Position numbers and translations under genes: made by a program. Under the pieces are notes generated by a model that was not told where the DNA came from, did no database searches, and was given only the letters and a program-made list of their open reading frames with translations. Positions 38,459-47,957 of a DNA stretch of 64,000 nt are shown here, one piece after another. Each line of letters opens with the position of its first letter. The stretch's first letter is position 1. This stretch comes from a virus: positions 15,074-79,073 of IMG/VR virus record IMGVR_UViG_3300037852_000046; one strand, given 5' to 3'.

Positions 38459-38700
38459 TCGGGCGCTTCCTTCTGAACGTTCTGCGCTGGCTGGACGAAG
38501 GCTTGAACGTCTTCTCAGGCGGCGACGCCAACGAGACTTTAAGCTCGCGCGCAGGCAAGGAGCAGATCAAGGGCGCAGAGTGGGCATGCGTGCTATGCAA
38601 GTCAATAGACTGGGTGACGCACTGGTTCAAGGTTCCTCCCGGCCACTGCTTGCGCGCGATCAATCCTGACGACGGTAAAAACGCAACTATTCCCGACTGA
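38455..38700 (+). CDS. Phage hypothetical protein (lysis-adjacent)
   Basis: NETLSSRAGK..WACVLC..GHC. Confidence 0.6.
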   Translation: MIGRFLLNVLRWLDEGLNVFSGGDANETLSSRAGKEQIKGAEWACVLCKSIDWVTHWFKVPPGHCLRAINPDDGKNATIPD

Positions 38701-39263
38701 TGAAACACTTGATTAAAATCGCCGCTGGTGTAGACACTGCTCCCGTCCTGCTTGAGATCGCGCGCCAGCCCAAACTGTGGAACCGGCATTCGGTCAGGAA
38801 GACTGCGCCTGAGACTCCGCACGCCGCGATGGACGATATCTGGTTGCGCTACAGGGATGAGAAGCCGTTCAAGGAATCGGGCGACTACTCGACGTTCAAC
38901 GATGAGCATGACGCGATCTTCTACCCGGAATGGTTCGCGATACCCAGCGTACGCCCGATTGTCTACAGCCTCATGGCCCGCGTCCAGGCGGTACGCCTCG
39001 GCGGCGTGATGATCACCCGGATTCCGCCGGGGGGTCGAATTGACCCGCACGCGGACGACGGCTGGCACGCCACGTATTACAATACGAAATTGTACGTTGT
39101 GCTTCAGTCGAATCCGCAGTGTGTGAACCGCGTGGAAGAAGAGCGGGTCTCGATGGCACCAGGTGAAGTCTGGTACTTCGACAATCTGAAAGAGCATGAA
39201 GTCGTGAACGACGGGCCGGACGACCGGATCACGTTGATTGTGTGTCTGAGGTGCGAGAAATGA
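38700..39263 (+). CDS. Asp/Asn beta-hydroxylase-like 2OG-Fe(II) oxygenase
   Basis: IDPHAD, WYFDN..EHEVVN...DRITLI. Confidence 0.85.
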   Translation: MKHLIKIAAGVDTAPVLLEIARQPKLWNRHSVRKTAPETPHAAMDDIWLRYRDEKPFKESGDYSTFNDEHDAIFYPEWFAIPSVRPIVYSLMARVQAVRLGGVMITRIPPGGRIDPHADDGWHATYYNTKLYVVLQSNPQCVNRVEEERVSMAPGEVWYFDNLKEHEVVNDGPDDRITLIVCLRCEK

Positions 39264-39541
39264 TCAGGCATCTATTCGCCGGAGGGGTGTACGCGCGAGA
39301 GCAGACACTGGCGGAAGGTCACGAGGTCGAGAAGCACGAGCACGACTACGATCACCTGAGCTATCTGTGCGCGGGCCGTGCGCTGCTCGACGTGGACGGC
39401 GAATTGCAGTATCTGACGGGCCCGTGCGCGATCCTCATCGCCGCCGGCAAGAAACATCGGATTCAGGCTTTGACGGACATCACCTGGCTTTGCATCCACG
39501 CAGAGAGCGTCGCAGATCCGGAAATCATCGTAAAGGAGTAG
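39260..39541 (+). CDS. Cupin protein
   Basis: HEHDYDH...KHRI...CIH. Confidence 0.8.
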   Translation: MIRHLFAGGVYAREQTLAEGHEVEKHEHDYDHLSYLCAGRALLDVDGELQYLTGPCAILIAAGKKHRIQALTDITWLCIHAESVADPEIIVKE

Positions 39542-39544
39542 ATC

Positions 39545-40588
39545 ATGCCCTGGGGCGTAGCGGCATCAGTAGCAGGAACGGTGATATCAAGCGCGCTCGC
39601 CCCTTCCCCTTCGGGCGGATCGAGCGGCGGAGGGGGCGGGCCGAACTATTACGTTCCGACCGGTTTGGGCACGGCCGATACCGCCTGGCAACAACTCCTG
39701 GCGCAGCAGCAGGCGCAGCAGGGCGGTATCGAAGGCATGTTGCCCTATTACCAACAGGCGTTTGGGCAAGGGTACAACGCGAATCAGGCATACGGTCCGG
39801 GTTATCAGAACGCCGCGAACGCGGCCGGTCAGCAGTACAGCAACCTCGGACAGGCTCTGACAAGCTACGGCCAGGGGGCGTACGATCTGTCGGCGAATCT
39901 CGCCGGGGCAGGCCGGCAGGCGTACCAGACTGCGTTAGATCCGCAAAGCGCGCTTTACAATCGCACCGTCCAGCAATTGCAGGACCAGACCGGAGCCACG
40001 AACAGCATGTACGGGCTCGGGTCTTCCGCTGCCGGCGCGGGCGTTGCGAATCAGGCATTGAGCAATTTCAACATTGATTGGCAGAACCAGCAACTCCAAC
40101 GCCAGTTGCAAGGGCTTCAGGGCTTGGGTACAGCGTACGGACAGGCAGGCCAGTTGGCGGGGCAAGGCGCGTCGCTTCAAGGTCTTGGCGCGGGCTATAC
40201 ACTTCAGGGCGGGCAGTTGCCGTACCAGACGGCGGCGGGTATCGCGGCGGTTCCCGGCCAGTTGGCGGGGCAATACGCTCAGGGTATCGAATCCGGTCCT
40301 TTGTCGTCGGCGCAGTCGATCAACAGTCAGATCATTCCGTATCTGAATTACGGTCAGGGGGCGCAACAGGTTCCCTACCAGAGCGCACAGCAAGGCGCGG
40401 GCGCGGCGGGTGCGCTGGTTAGTCAAGGGATTCAGGGCTTGGGGAGCAATTCGCAAGTTCAAAGCGCGCTTGGCAATGTGTTCGGCGGGGGCCCTACGGG
40501 CTCGTTCGGCGGTGGCGACTTCTCCGGCGCATTCTCGTCCAATCCGTACTACGGCGGTGGCGGTAATAGCTACGGCTTCACGATGTAG
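39545..40588 (+). CDS. Ejection protein 1
   Basis: Hydrophobic N-terminus, G/Q/A-rich. Confidence 0.65.
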   Translation: MPWGVAASVAGTVISSALAPSPSGGSSGGGGGPNYYVPTGLGTADTAWQQLLAQQQAQQGGIEGMLPYYQQAFGQGYNANQAYGPGYQNAANAAGQQYSNLGQALTSYGQGAYDLSANLAGAGRQAYQTALDPQSALYNRTVQQLQDQTGATNSMYGLGSSAAGAGVANQALSNFNIDWQNQQLQRQLQGLQGLGTAYGQAGQLAGQGASLQGLGAGYTLQGGQLPYQTAAGIAAVPGQLAGQYAQGIESGPLSSAQSINSQIIPYLNYGQGAQQVPYQSAQQGAGAAGALVSQGIQGLGSNSQVQSALGNVFGGGPTGSFGGGDFSGAFSSNPYYGGGGNSYGFTM

Positions 40589-40596
40589 GAGCAATC

Positions 40597-42144
40597 ATGG
40601 CCGGACTCGGGGGGCTTCCCTACTTCATCCAGTATTCGGGCGAGTTGCAGCAGCAGGCAGCGGCGAAGCAGAAGCAGCAACAGGACATGCTCATCTTCCA
40701 GCAACAGCAGCAGGACCGTCAGCGGCAACAGGCCGCGCAGGCGGCGGCTGGCAATGCGCTCCCGCAACTCGTGCAACCGCCCCCGCCGATGCAGCAACCC
40801 CCGGCACCCGGTCAGGCATCGCAACCGATGCAGCAGGCTGGCGGGGGCGTTCCATTGCCTCAAGGTCCGGTTCCCGGCCAAGTGGTGCGTCCGCCGTTGC
40901 CCCCCGGCGGCGCGCAGGGCGCTATGCCTCCGCAAGGCGTTCCGCCGTTCCGCCCGATGCCGACCACGCCCCCTCAAGCGCAGGCCGCGCCGCAGGGGGC
41001 TATTCCCGCACCCCCGGCGCAGGCCGGCGCTTCGCCTGTGAATCCGCAACAGGACCAGATGGAGGGCGGGTTCTCGCTTTCGAATATCATCCAGTCGGGG
41101 CAGAAGCAGGGGCTTTCCGGTACGGATCTGTACGACTACGTACAGACGATGGAACCTTACATGACCTCGCAGCAGAAGGCGAAAGCGGAGCAGTTCAAGA
41201 CGCAACTAGAACTGAAGAAACTTGATGCGGAAATCGCGCTTCATAGCCAGGCGGCACAGAATCAGCAACTCTCGAGGGAAGAGCGGGAGCGGCACGATCA
41301 GGCGCTAGAACGTCTCGCGACACAGCGCATTGGTATTGCGGAGCAGCGAGTCGGGATTGCTGAACGGAAAGGAGGGGCGGGTGCTGTTCCGGCCCCTGAA
41401 GCGCAGGGAGACCCTCTCAGCCCGAAAGGCACGGCGGGGTATTCGAGCGATGCAATCAAGGCACTGGGCGATGATTACGCCGTGCGCGGCCCGACTGCGC
41501 TCGCTGGGTTCGGCTACAAGAATCTGCCTCCGGCGGCACGCGCGGAAATCGTCAACTACGCCGCCGCAAAAAACGCGGCCGGGGGGCAGAACTTCGCCAG
41601 TAACAAGATCCAGTACGCGGCGGATACTGCCGGCGCGAGGGTCAACGCCCAACAGGCCGCGAAGACGGACGCTGCATCGAACGCCTTGACCAGTGCGGGG
41701 GGAATCGGCGATCAGTTCCAGCAGGCTATCGATGCGCTCAATCGTACCGGCGTCCCGATTGCCAATCAGGCGCAGATGCAGGCGCTTCGACTGACCAACG
41801 ATCCGCGCGTCGCGACTTATGATACGGCGATGAATGGTGTTGTGTCGGAATCCGCGCAGATCCTTGGTCGTGGGCAGATCACCGTGAACTCGATGGAAGA
41901 AGCGCGCAAAGTCGTCAACGGCTGGCATACTTCCGAACAGGCGAAGGCGGGTCTCGCGCAACTCAAGCGCGAAGCCGCGACCACGGTTAAGGCGTCTTCG
42001 GAAGAGGTAGCGAAGTCCGCGCGCACCCCGAAAGGCCAGCCGGGTGTTCAGGCGGGCGGTCCGGCTGTCGGCACCGTGGAAAGCGGCTATCGATTCAAGG
42101 GCGGCGATCCGTCATCCCCTGCCAGTTGGGAGCGTGTGCAATGA
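40597..42144 (+). CDS. Ejection protein 2
   Basis: Homolog of 582-2141; ends GYRFKGGDP..SW. Confidence 0.65.
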   Translation: MAGLGGLPYFIQYSGELQQQAAAKQKQQQDMLIFQQQQQDRQRQQAAQAAAGNALPQLVQPPPPMQQPPAPGQASQPMQQAGGGVPLPQGPVPGQVVRPPLPPGGAQGAMPPQGVPPFRPMPTTPPQAQAAPQGAIPAPPAQAGASPVNPQQDQMEGGFSLSNIIQSGQKQGLSGTDLYDYVQTMEPYMTSQQKAKAEQFKTQLELKKLDAEIALHSQAAQNQQLSREERERHDQALERLATQRIGIAEQRVGIAERKGGAGAVPAPEAQGDPLSPKGTAGYSSDAIKALGDDYAVRGPTALAGFGYKNLPPAARAEIVNYAAAKNAAGGQNFASNKIQYAADTAGARVNAQQAAKTDAASNALTSAGGIGDQFQQAIDALNRTGVPIANQAQMQALRLTNDPRVATYDTAMNGVVSESAQILGRGQITVNSMEEARKVVNGWHTSEQAKAGLAQLKREAATTVKASSEEVAKSARTPKGQPGVQAGGPAVGTVESGYRFKGGDPSSPASWERVQ

Positions 42145-44099
42145 TGCCTTGGGAGAAGTACGCGGCGCAGGCCGCGCCGGAAGGCGCTCCGGCGATTCCA
42201 CCTTGGGAGAAGTACGGCGCGCAAAAAGCCGCCGTTCCCGCTACGCCTGAGCAGCCCCAAAGCATGACAGGATTCGTGGGCGGCAATCTGGCGAAAGGCG
42301 CGGCGCAAGTTGCGGGCATGCCGGCGGAAGTCGGAAAGCAATTGCTGTCGGCCACTGAGGGGCCGGGGCGTGAGCGCTTCGAGAAACTGACGAAAGCGCC
42401 AGCGCTTCCGAAGTCAACGCAACCGATGGCCGGCAGTCAGCAGCACATCGAGGATCTGCTCAAGCGAAACGGAATCATCACGCAGTCCGCTGAACCACGA
42501 GGACGCGGGCAGCAGATCGCGGCGGCCGGCTTGCAGGCTCTTCCTTCTGCTGTCATACCGGACGGCGGAATGAAGGCGATTCCGCGCATTGCAGCTGCGC
42601 TCGGCGGGGGCGTGGGCGGCGAGGTCGGTCGGCAGATCGGCGGCACGCCGGGGCAACTAGCAGGCGCACTGGTCGGCGGCGGCCTTGGCGGTACGGTCGG
42701 CGCGCCGCGCGGCATTCCGAAACCGCCTAGCGAACCACAGCGCGCGTCGCAGGCGTCAGGCATCCCGCTCACTCTTGGGCAAGAAACGGGCAGCAAGGCG
42801 CTCACTTCTATTGAGAACCGTCTACGTGAACTGTTCCCGTCCAAGGGTACGGCGCACGCCGACGAAGTGGCGCAGGTTACCGCAGGCGTGAAGCGTGTAG
42901 ACGATCTCGCAAGCCAGATGGGTAGCGCGACAGCGGATCCGGAAGCTATTGGCAATCAATTACGCCAGTCGTACAAGGATACTGTTGGAAAAATCGACAA
43001 AATGCGTTCCTCGCAAGCCGCAACGGACTATGGCGACGTACGCAAACTGGCGGCGGACCAGAAAGTTATCGGCTACAAAAACACGCTCGACACGCTCGAT
43101 CAGATCATCGCGGCGAACAAAAATGTGCCAGCCGGCGACGCCAAGCGTATCGCAGCACAGGCACAGTCGATACGCGATCTGCTCAAAAAGCAAGGTACGG
43201 CCACGGTGGACGACGCGATGAAGACTCGCAGCGCGTGGGGCAAAGCAGCGCAGCGCACGGGGAACATCTTCTCTGACATCGATCCGAACGCCAATCAGGT
43301 ATTGGCGAAGCGCCTTTTCGCAGCCGTGAATAAGGACTTCGATGACGCCAGTACAGCAAGCACTCCAATTGCCCAAGCTTTGAGGAAAGCGAACCAGAAT
43401 TATGCGAAGGCTTCACAGTCGATCGATTTCATCAAGAAATCGGCGCTCGGAAAACTGCTTGGCGAAGATGTGACCGACGCAGCATTCACCGGAAACGTCG
43501 CGTCAACCAAAGCACCAGAGGCGATAGCCAAGCGCTATCTGACGATGAACCCGAGCGAGGCGAAGTCAGTAACCGCAATCCTCCAGCAACATGATCCGCA
43601 AACCTTGCAGGACGTGAAGTCTTTCGTCCTGCGTAACGGACTGGAAGCGGCGAAGAATGACGTACCGGGGGCGGCTCCGATCTCCTTCGCCAAATTCAGG
43701 AAAGAGATAGACAAGGTACAGCCCAAGCTTCAGGAGATGGGGTTCACGAACAAGGAAATCGCGGACATCAAGGACGTTACTGACACGATGGCACGAGCGG
43801 GTGACAAGGCCGGCGCAAACCCGTCGGGTACGTCCGCAGCGCTGCACATGGGTGCAACAGGCGCGGCCGCATTTGCGCATCCTCTGGCAGCGGTTGCCTC
43901 AGTCGTAACGCCCTACGTGGCTTCCAAGGCGCTACTCACGCAACCCGGTCGGGATCTACTGCGCGCGGCGTACAACGCCACGAACGGCAAAGCACAGGCC
44001 GCAGCTATTGGAGCGCTTCGCAGTACCTTCGCACAGCCTAGTGGCCGTGATCAGAATCCGCCGACCACAGGCACACAATTAGCATCACCGCCCCAATGA
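42141..44099 (+). CDS. Ejection protein 3
   Basis: N-terminal duplicated PWEKY; strongly divergent from A. Confidence 0.65.
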   Translation: MMPWEKYAAQAAPEGAPAIPPWEKYGAQKAAVPATPEQPQSMTGFVGGNLAKGAAQVAGMPAEVGKQLLSATEGPGRERFEKLTKAPALPKSTQPMAGSQQHIEDLLKRNGIITQSAEPRGRGQQIAAAGLQALPSAVIPDGGMKAIPRIAAALGGGVGGEVGRQIGGTPGQLAGALVGGGLGGTVGAPRGIPKPPSEPQRASQASGIPLTLGQETGSKALTSIENRLRELFPSKGTAHADEVAQVTAGVKRVDDLASQMGSATADPEAIGNQLRQSYKDTVGKIDKMRSSQAATDYGDVRKLAADQKVIGYKNTLDTLDQIIAANKNVPAGDAKRIAAQAQSIRDLLKKQGTATVDDAMKTRSAWGKAAQRTGNIFSDIDPNANQVLAKRLFAAVNKDFDDASTASTPIAQALRKANQNYAKASQSIDFIKKSALGKLLGEDVTDAAFTGNVASTKAPEAIAKRYLTMNPSEAKSVTAILQQHDPQTLQDVKSFVLRNGLEAAKNDVPGAAPISFAKFRKEIDKVQPKLQEMGFTNKEIADIKDVTDTMARAGDKAGANPSGTSAALHMGATGAAAFAHPLAAVASVVTPYVASKALLTQPGRDLLRAAYNATNGKAQAAAIGALRSTFAQPSGRDQNPPTTGTQLASPPQ

Positions 44100-44126
44100 C
44101 ATCGTAGAACATGTCAGGGGTTAGCA

Positions 44127-44252
44127 TCATTTCTGGTAGTTTTCCCAAGGGCCATGCACGACGGGCGGGTCGCTGCGTACAGGACTCTTAAGAATCAGGA
44201 AGTCGAAGAGCAGAACTTGCGATACGATCAAGATTGCGGCGAATAGTTTCAT
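44127..44252 (-). CDS. 41-aa membrane peptide ending PWENYQK, candidate superinfection exclusion
   Basis: Same promoter and RBS as 3679-3822 but unrelated sequence. Confidence 0.55.
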   Translation of the reverse strand: MKLFAAILIVSQVLLFDFLILKSPVRSDPPVVHGPWENYQK

Positions 44253-44277
44253 GGTGATCTCCCAGGTTGTTACGACC

Positions 44278-44306
44278 ACTATAGCAAATGCTAAATAGGA
44301 AAGCAA
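44278..44306 (-). promoter_or_regulatory. sigma70 promoter with GCATTTGC operator
   Basis: TTGCTT-N17-TATAGT. Confidence 0.7.
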
Positions 44307-44307
44307 G

Positions 44308-45654
44308 GTGAAGATACTGGTTATTGACGTTGCTTCTAACGCCTTGGATCTTTGCCTGCGGTGGCAAGCGGAAGGCAACGAGGTTAAATGGTATGACAAA
44401 CCCCGAGACGACGGTTCACCTCGTCGCGCCGGAGAGGGCTTTGTCGAAAAGATCAGGGACTTTAACGACCTCCGTAAAAAATGGATCGGATGGGCCGATC
44501 TCATTTACACACCAGACAACACGTGCTACCTCGATCTGCTCGAACCGTATCGGCGGATCGGATACCCCATCCACGGGTGCAACCTCGACACTGTGGAGTG
44601 GGAACTTGACCGTGAAATCGGTCAGAAAGTCATGCAGGAGTGCGGATTAAAAACCATTCCGGGCAAGACGTTTCACGATTACGATACGGCCGCAGCATAC
44701 GTCAAAAAACAGGGCGTAGCGATGGTTTCCAAGCCTTCAGGCGACGGTGAGCGCGCCATGTCATACGTGTCGAAAAATGCTGCCGATCTGGTGTACATGC
44801 TTCAGCGGTGGAGCAAAGTAGATAAGTACCGTAAAGCCGCTAAAGAGATGGGGTTCATCCTTCAAGAGAAGGTCAATGGTATCGCGGAGATGGCCGTTGG
44901 CGGGTGGTTCATACCGGGCGTAGGTTGGTCGAAGGCTGGATGGGTGGAAAACTTCGAACATAAATCCCTCTTCGCCGGGGATCTTGGTGTTTCGACCGGG
45001 GAGATGGGCACTATCGTACGCGTAGTGAAAAAATCAAAACTCGCGGACATGATGCTCAAGCCTGTTACTGAGCATCTGCACAAGATAGGGTATGTCGGCT
45101 ATCTGGACGTAGCTACGATTATCGGGGAAGACGGCACGCCCTGGCCTCTGGAATTTACCTGCCGGGACGGCTGGCCTATCCGCCACAATCTGACCTCGTT
45201 AATTGAGGGTAGCCAGTCGCAGTGGATGCTAGACGCTATAAACGGCAAAGATACTCTCAAGATCAAGACGGATGTAGTAAGCGCCAGTGTAGTTATGGCA
45301 TTGCCTGACTTTCCCTATTCTCATGTTACGAATCGCGAACTGTGCGACATTCCGATTTACGGGGCAGAAGACACCGGCCACGTGCATTTTTCCGAGGTAA
45401 TGCTGGGCGCGGCACCGCGCGAGGTAAACGGTAAGGTGGTTGATCTTCCTGGCCCAGTGACGGCAGGTGATTACACCCTTGTTGCAACAGGGCAGGGCGA
45501 AACAGTATCCGGCGCGCGCCGAAGCGTGTACAGTGCGCTGAAGAAAATCTCAGTGCCGAACAGCCCGTTCTATCGAATCGACATCGGCGTAAAATTGAGA
45601 AAGCAACTCCCCGAATTGCAACGGTTAGGCTTCGCTACCGGAATGGAATTTTGA
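44308..45654 (+). CDS. PurD-like ATP-grasp ligase
   Basis: Homolog of 3865-5208. Confidence 0.85.
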   Translation: MKILVIDVASNALDLCLRWQAEGNEVKWYDKPRDDGSPRRAGEGFVEKIRDFNDLRKKWIGWADLIYTPDNTCYLDLLEPYRRIGYPIHGCNLDTVEWELDREIGQKVMQECGLKTIPGKTFHDYDTAAAYVKKQGVAMVSKPSGDGERAMSYVSKNAADLVYMLQRWSKVDKYRKAAKEMGFILQEKVNGIAEMAVGGWFIPGVGWSKAGWVENFEHKSLFAGDLGVSTGEMGTIVRVVKKSKLADMMLKPVTEHLHKIGYVGYLDVATIIGEDGTPWPLEFTCRDGWPIRHNLTSLIEGSQSQWMLDAINGKDTLKIKTDVVSASVVMALPDFPYSHVTNRELCDIPIYGAEDTGHVHFSEVMLGAAPREVNGKVVDLPGPVTAGDYTLVATGQGETVSGARRSVYSALKKISVPNSPFYRIDIGVKLRKQLPELQRLGFATGMEF

Positions 45655-46172
45655 TGAAAACCTGTACTAAGTGCGGACTTACTAAAGACTTCTCCTGCTT
45701 TCGCCGCCGTGGCGAAATCGGGTACAAGCCTGACTGTAAAGACTGCGCTCGACTCTACAATCTCGCGAACCGTGAAAAGCAACTAGCGCAGATGAAAGTC
45801 TATCGCGAAGCAAACAAAGAGAAGATTCTTCCGTTCAAACAGGCGTGGAAAGAACGGAACCGCGAACAGGTCAGAGAAGCGAACAGGACGTACCAGAAAG
45901 CCGCGAAAAGTCTGATAAACGCCCGCACAGCTAAGCGCAGGGCGTTGAAGAAAAATGCAACGCCAGCATGGGCCGACGCGGGGAAGATGAAGGAATTCTA
46001 TTTTGCGGCTGATTTCCTCGGCATGGTGACCGGCGAGTGGTACCACGTCGATCACATCGTGCCTTTGCAAAGCAAACTTGTTCGCGGTTTGCACTGCGAG
46101 GAAAATTTTCAGGTTCTCCCCGGCATTGAGAACTGGAAGAAAGGCAACACCCAATGGCCGGATATGCCTTAG
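45654..46172 (+). CDS. HNH endonuclease (B only)
   Basis: CTKC..CKDC; HVDHIVPL; ends WPDMP. Confidence 0.88.
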   Translation: MKTCTKCGLTKDFSCFRRRGEIGYKPDCKDCARLYNLANREKQLAQMKVYREANKEKILPFKQAWKERNREQVREANRTYQKAAKSLINARTAKRRALKKNATPAWADAGKMKEFYFAADFLGMVTGEWYHVDHIVPLQSKLVRGLHCEENFQVLPGIENWKKGNTQWPDMP

Positions 46173-46180
46173 GAGTCATC

Positions 46181-46330
46181 ATGCCACTCGACAAGAGTAA
46201 ATCGAAATCGGCTATCGGGAAGAACATCAAGACCGAGATGAAACACGGCAAGCCTCAGAAGCAGGCTGTGGCGATTGCGCTCAACACTGCGCGTAAGGCC
46301 GGCGCGCACATTCCGAAGAGGAAGAAGTGA
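46181..46330 (+). CDS. 49-aa Lys-rich phage protein
   Basis: Homolog of 5217-5366. Confidence 0.75.
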   Translation: MPLDKSKSKSAIGKNIKTEMKHGKPQKQAVAIALNTARKAGAHIPKRKK

Positions 46331-46860
46331 CTAGCCGCGCGCGTAAAAACGGTCTGATCAGCGAGCAGTCAATCAAGGCCGCGCTTGGCGAAGCTAAGGG
46401 AGACCTCTTCCTCGCTTCGTGCGCCCTTGACTGCACGGCTCGTGAACTCGACGGTTATATCCGTCGCTCCGTCGAGTTGCAACACTTCATAGCTGCTATT
46501 GAACAGGTCAGGATCAACCCGGCCTACTCGCGTTTGAGCGTCGAGCAGTTTGAGAATCAGCTGGCCGATCAGACTCGCGCGCTCCGGATAGAAGGGCTCA
46601 ACGAAATCCATAAGCTCGCGACGATGGAATTCGGTGATAGTGCCGCCCTTGCGAAGGTCAAACTGGATGCGGCGCTCGCCCTTCGCGGTGGAGTGCAGGG
46701 TAGTGTCTCCAACAGTGAGACAGAGTCGGCGCTTGCCGAATTGAACCACCTGTATCATCAAAATGCCCCTCGTATCAAAGAGATTCGCCAGACTGTGATA
46801 ACGCTTCAGGATGATCGGGAAGCGATTCCACAAGTAATCGAACAGAAGCCATATCCATGA
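46327..46860 (+). CDS. HTH protein, possible small terminase or late regulator
   Basis: Homolog of 5363-5896. Confidence 0.45.
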   Translation: MTSRARKNGLISEQSIKAALGEAKGDLFLASCALDCTARELDGYIRRSVELQHFIAAIEQVRINPAYSRLSVEQFENQLADQTRALRIEGLNEIHKLATMEFGDSAALAKVKLDAALALRGGVQGSVSNSETESALAELNHLYHQNAPRIKEIRQTVITLQDDREAIPQVIEQKPYP

Positions 46861-47608
46861 GGGCCGCGTCGCGGCCTTCTTCCAGATTCTTCCAGTTCGG
46901 GGTTTCCGCCGGGTAGTGCTGGATCTTCTTCATCTGGATGTAGCCGAAGCGCGCCATTTCCTCGATCCAGTTCCGGTACCCCTTTTTGGTGATCTCGTTA
47001 CGCGGATAGTCCTTGCTTTCCAGCCAGTCCCAAACCGGAATGAACTCTTCGCGCTCCGGTGCCAGGCGCTTCTGGATGTGCCAGTGTTCTTTCGGATTCA
47101 ACGCCGTCTTCATGAACTGCACATTCACGACCGGAACCCCAAGTTCCGACGCCAGTTCACTGTTCGACATCCGCTGGCCGCCGCATACGCTCCACAGGTC
47201 TTGCAGGAAGGGCACTGGCGGGAAGCGGAGGTCTACCGTCTCATCGTGTTGCGCCCAACTCACGGGGCGCGGGATGACCCCGTACGCCGCGTTACGCTGG
47301 CAGCAAGCCTCGATACGCTTCATCTGGTATGGGCACTCCACCATCAGCGTGACATCGGGCGCAAGCTCGATCTCAGGGCGCGGGTCCTGCTCGATCAGCA
47401 CGCCGCCGGTCTCCTTCCACATCGTGACCTGTCGGTCAGTCGCCGGGATCCAGCTTGCGTACTGGTGAATCGGGAGATCGTCGAGCGTGGAGCTATTGAA
47501 CAGCGTCGGCTTCACGAGCGAGTACCCCCGGTTCAGGATCACGTGTGTGAACTGGTCGTAGGCGATGTGGATCGACCTTGACAGATCGTCAGTTGCGTAT
47601 AGTTTCAT
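46775..47608 (-). CDS. Conserved hypothetical protein
   Basis: Homolog of 6434-7237. Confidence 0.75.
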   Translation of the reverse strand: MKLYATDDLSRSIHIAYDQFTHVILNRGYSLVKPTLFNSSTLDDLPIHQYASWIPATDRQVTMWKETGGVLIEQDPRPEIELAPDVTLMVECPYQMKRIEACCQRNAAYGVIPRPVSWAQHDETVDLRFPPVPFLQDLWSVCGGQRMSNSELASELGVPVVNVQFMKTALNPKEHWHIQKRLAPEREEFIPVWDWLESKDYPRNEITKKGYRNWIEEMARFGYIQMKKIQHYPAETPNWKNLEEGRDAALMDMASVRLLVESLPDHPEALSQSGESL

Positions 47609-47957
47609 CGATAGTAGCCTCTGGCAAACCCAAAGCGCGCCGTGCGCATTGCCGGACCTCGAACGTTACCGCGTGGCCGAGGTCTTGCGGATCGAGCAGT
47701 CGGCGCGCGAACGCGGAGAGGTCCAGCACAGCCTTCGTATCGTTGCGCAAGGGGGCGTATAGATTTTGCTCGCACGGCTGGCCGATCTGCGTCTCGTTCA
47801 AGCCCCGCGCTTGCTGTTGTGCGGATTGCGACATCAGTCCGGTATCGATCTCTTTCTTCGTGGCGACCGGATAGTGAACAAGCTTTTCGAGTTGCGTTAC
47901 GCGCTCACCTAGTTCTTCCATGCATTGCTGCCACGTGTAGTGTGCTGGGTACATCAC
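47589..47957 (-). CDS. Hypothetical protein
   Basis: Homolog of 7234-7623. Confidence 0.7.
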   Translation of the reverse strand: MMYPAHYTWQQCMEELGERVTQLEKLVHYPVATKKEIDTGLMSQSAQQQARGLNETQIGQPCEQNLYAPLRNDTKAVLDLSAFARRLLDPQDLGHAVTFEVRQCARRALGLPEATIDETIRN

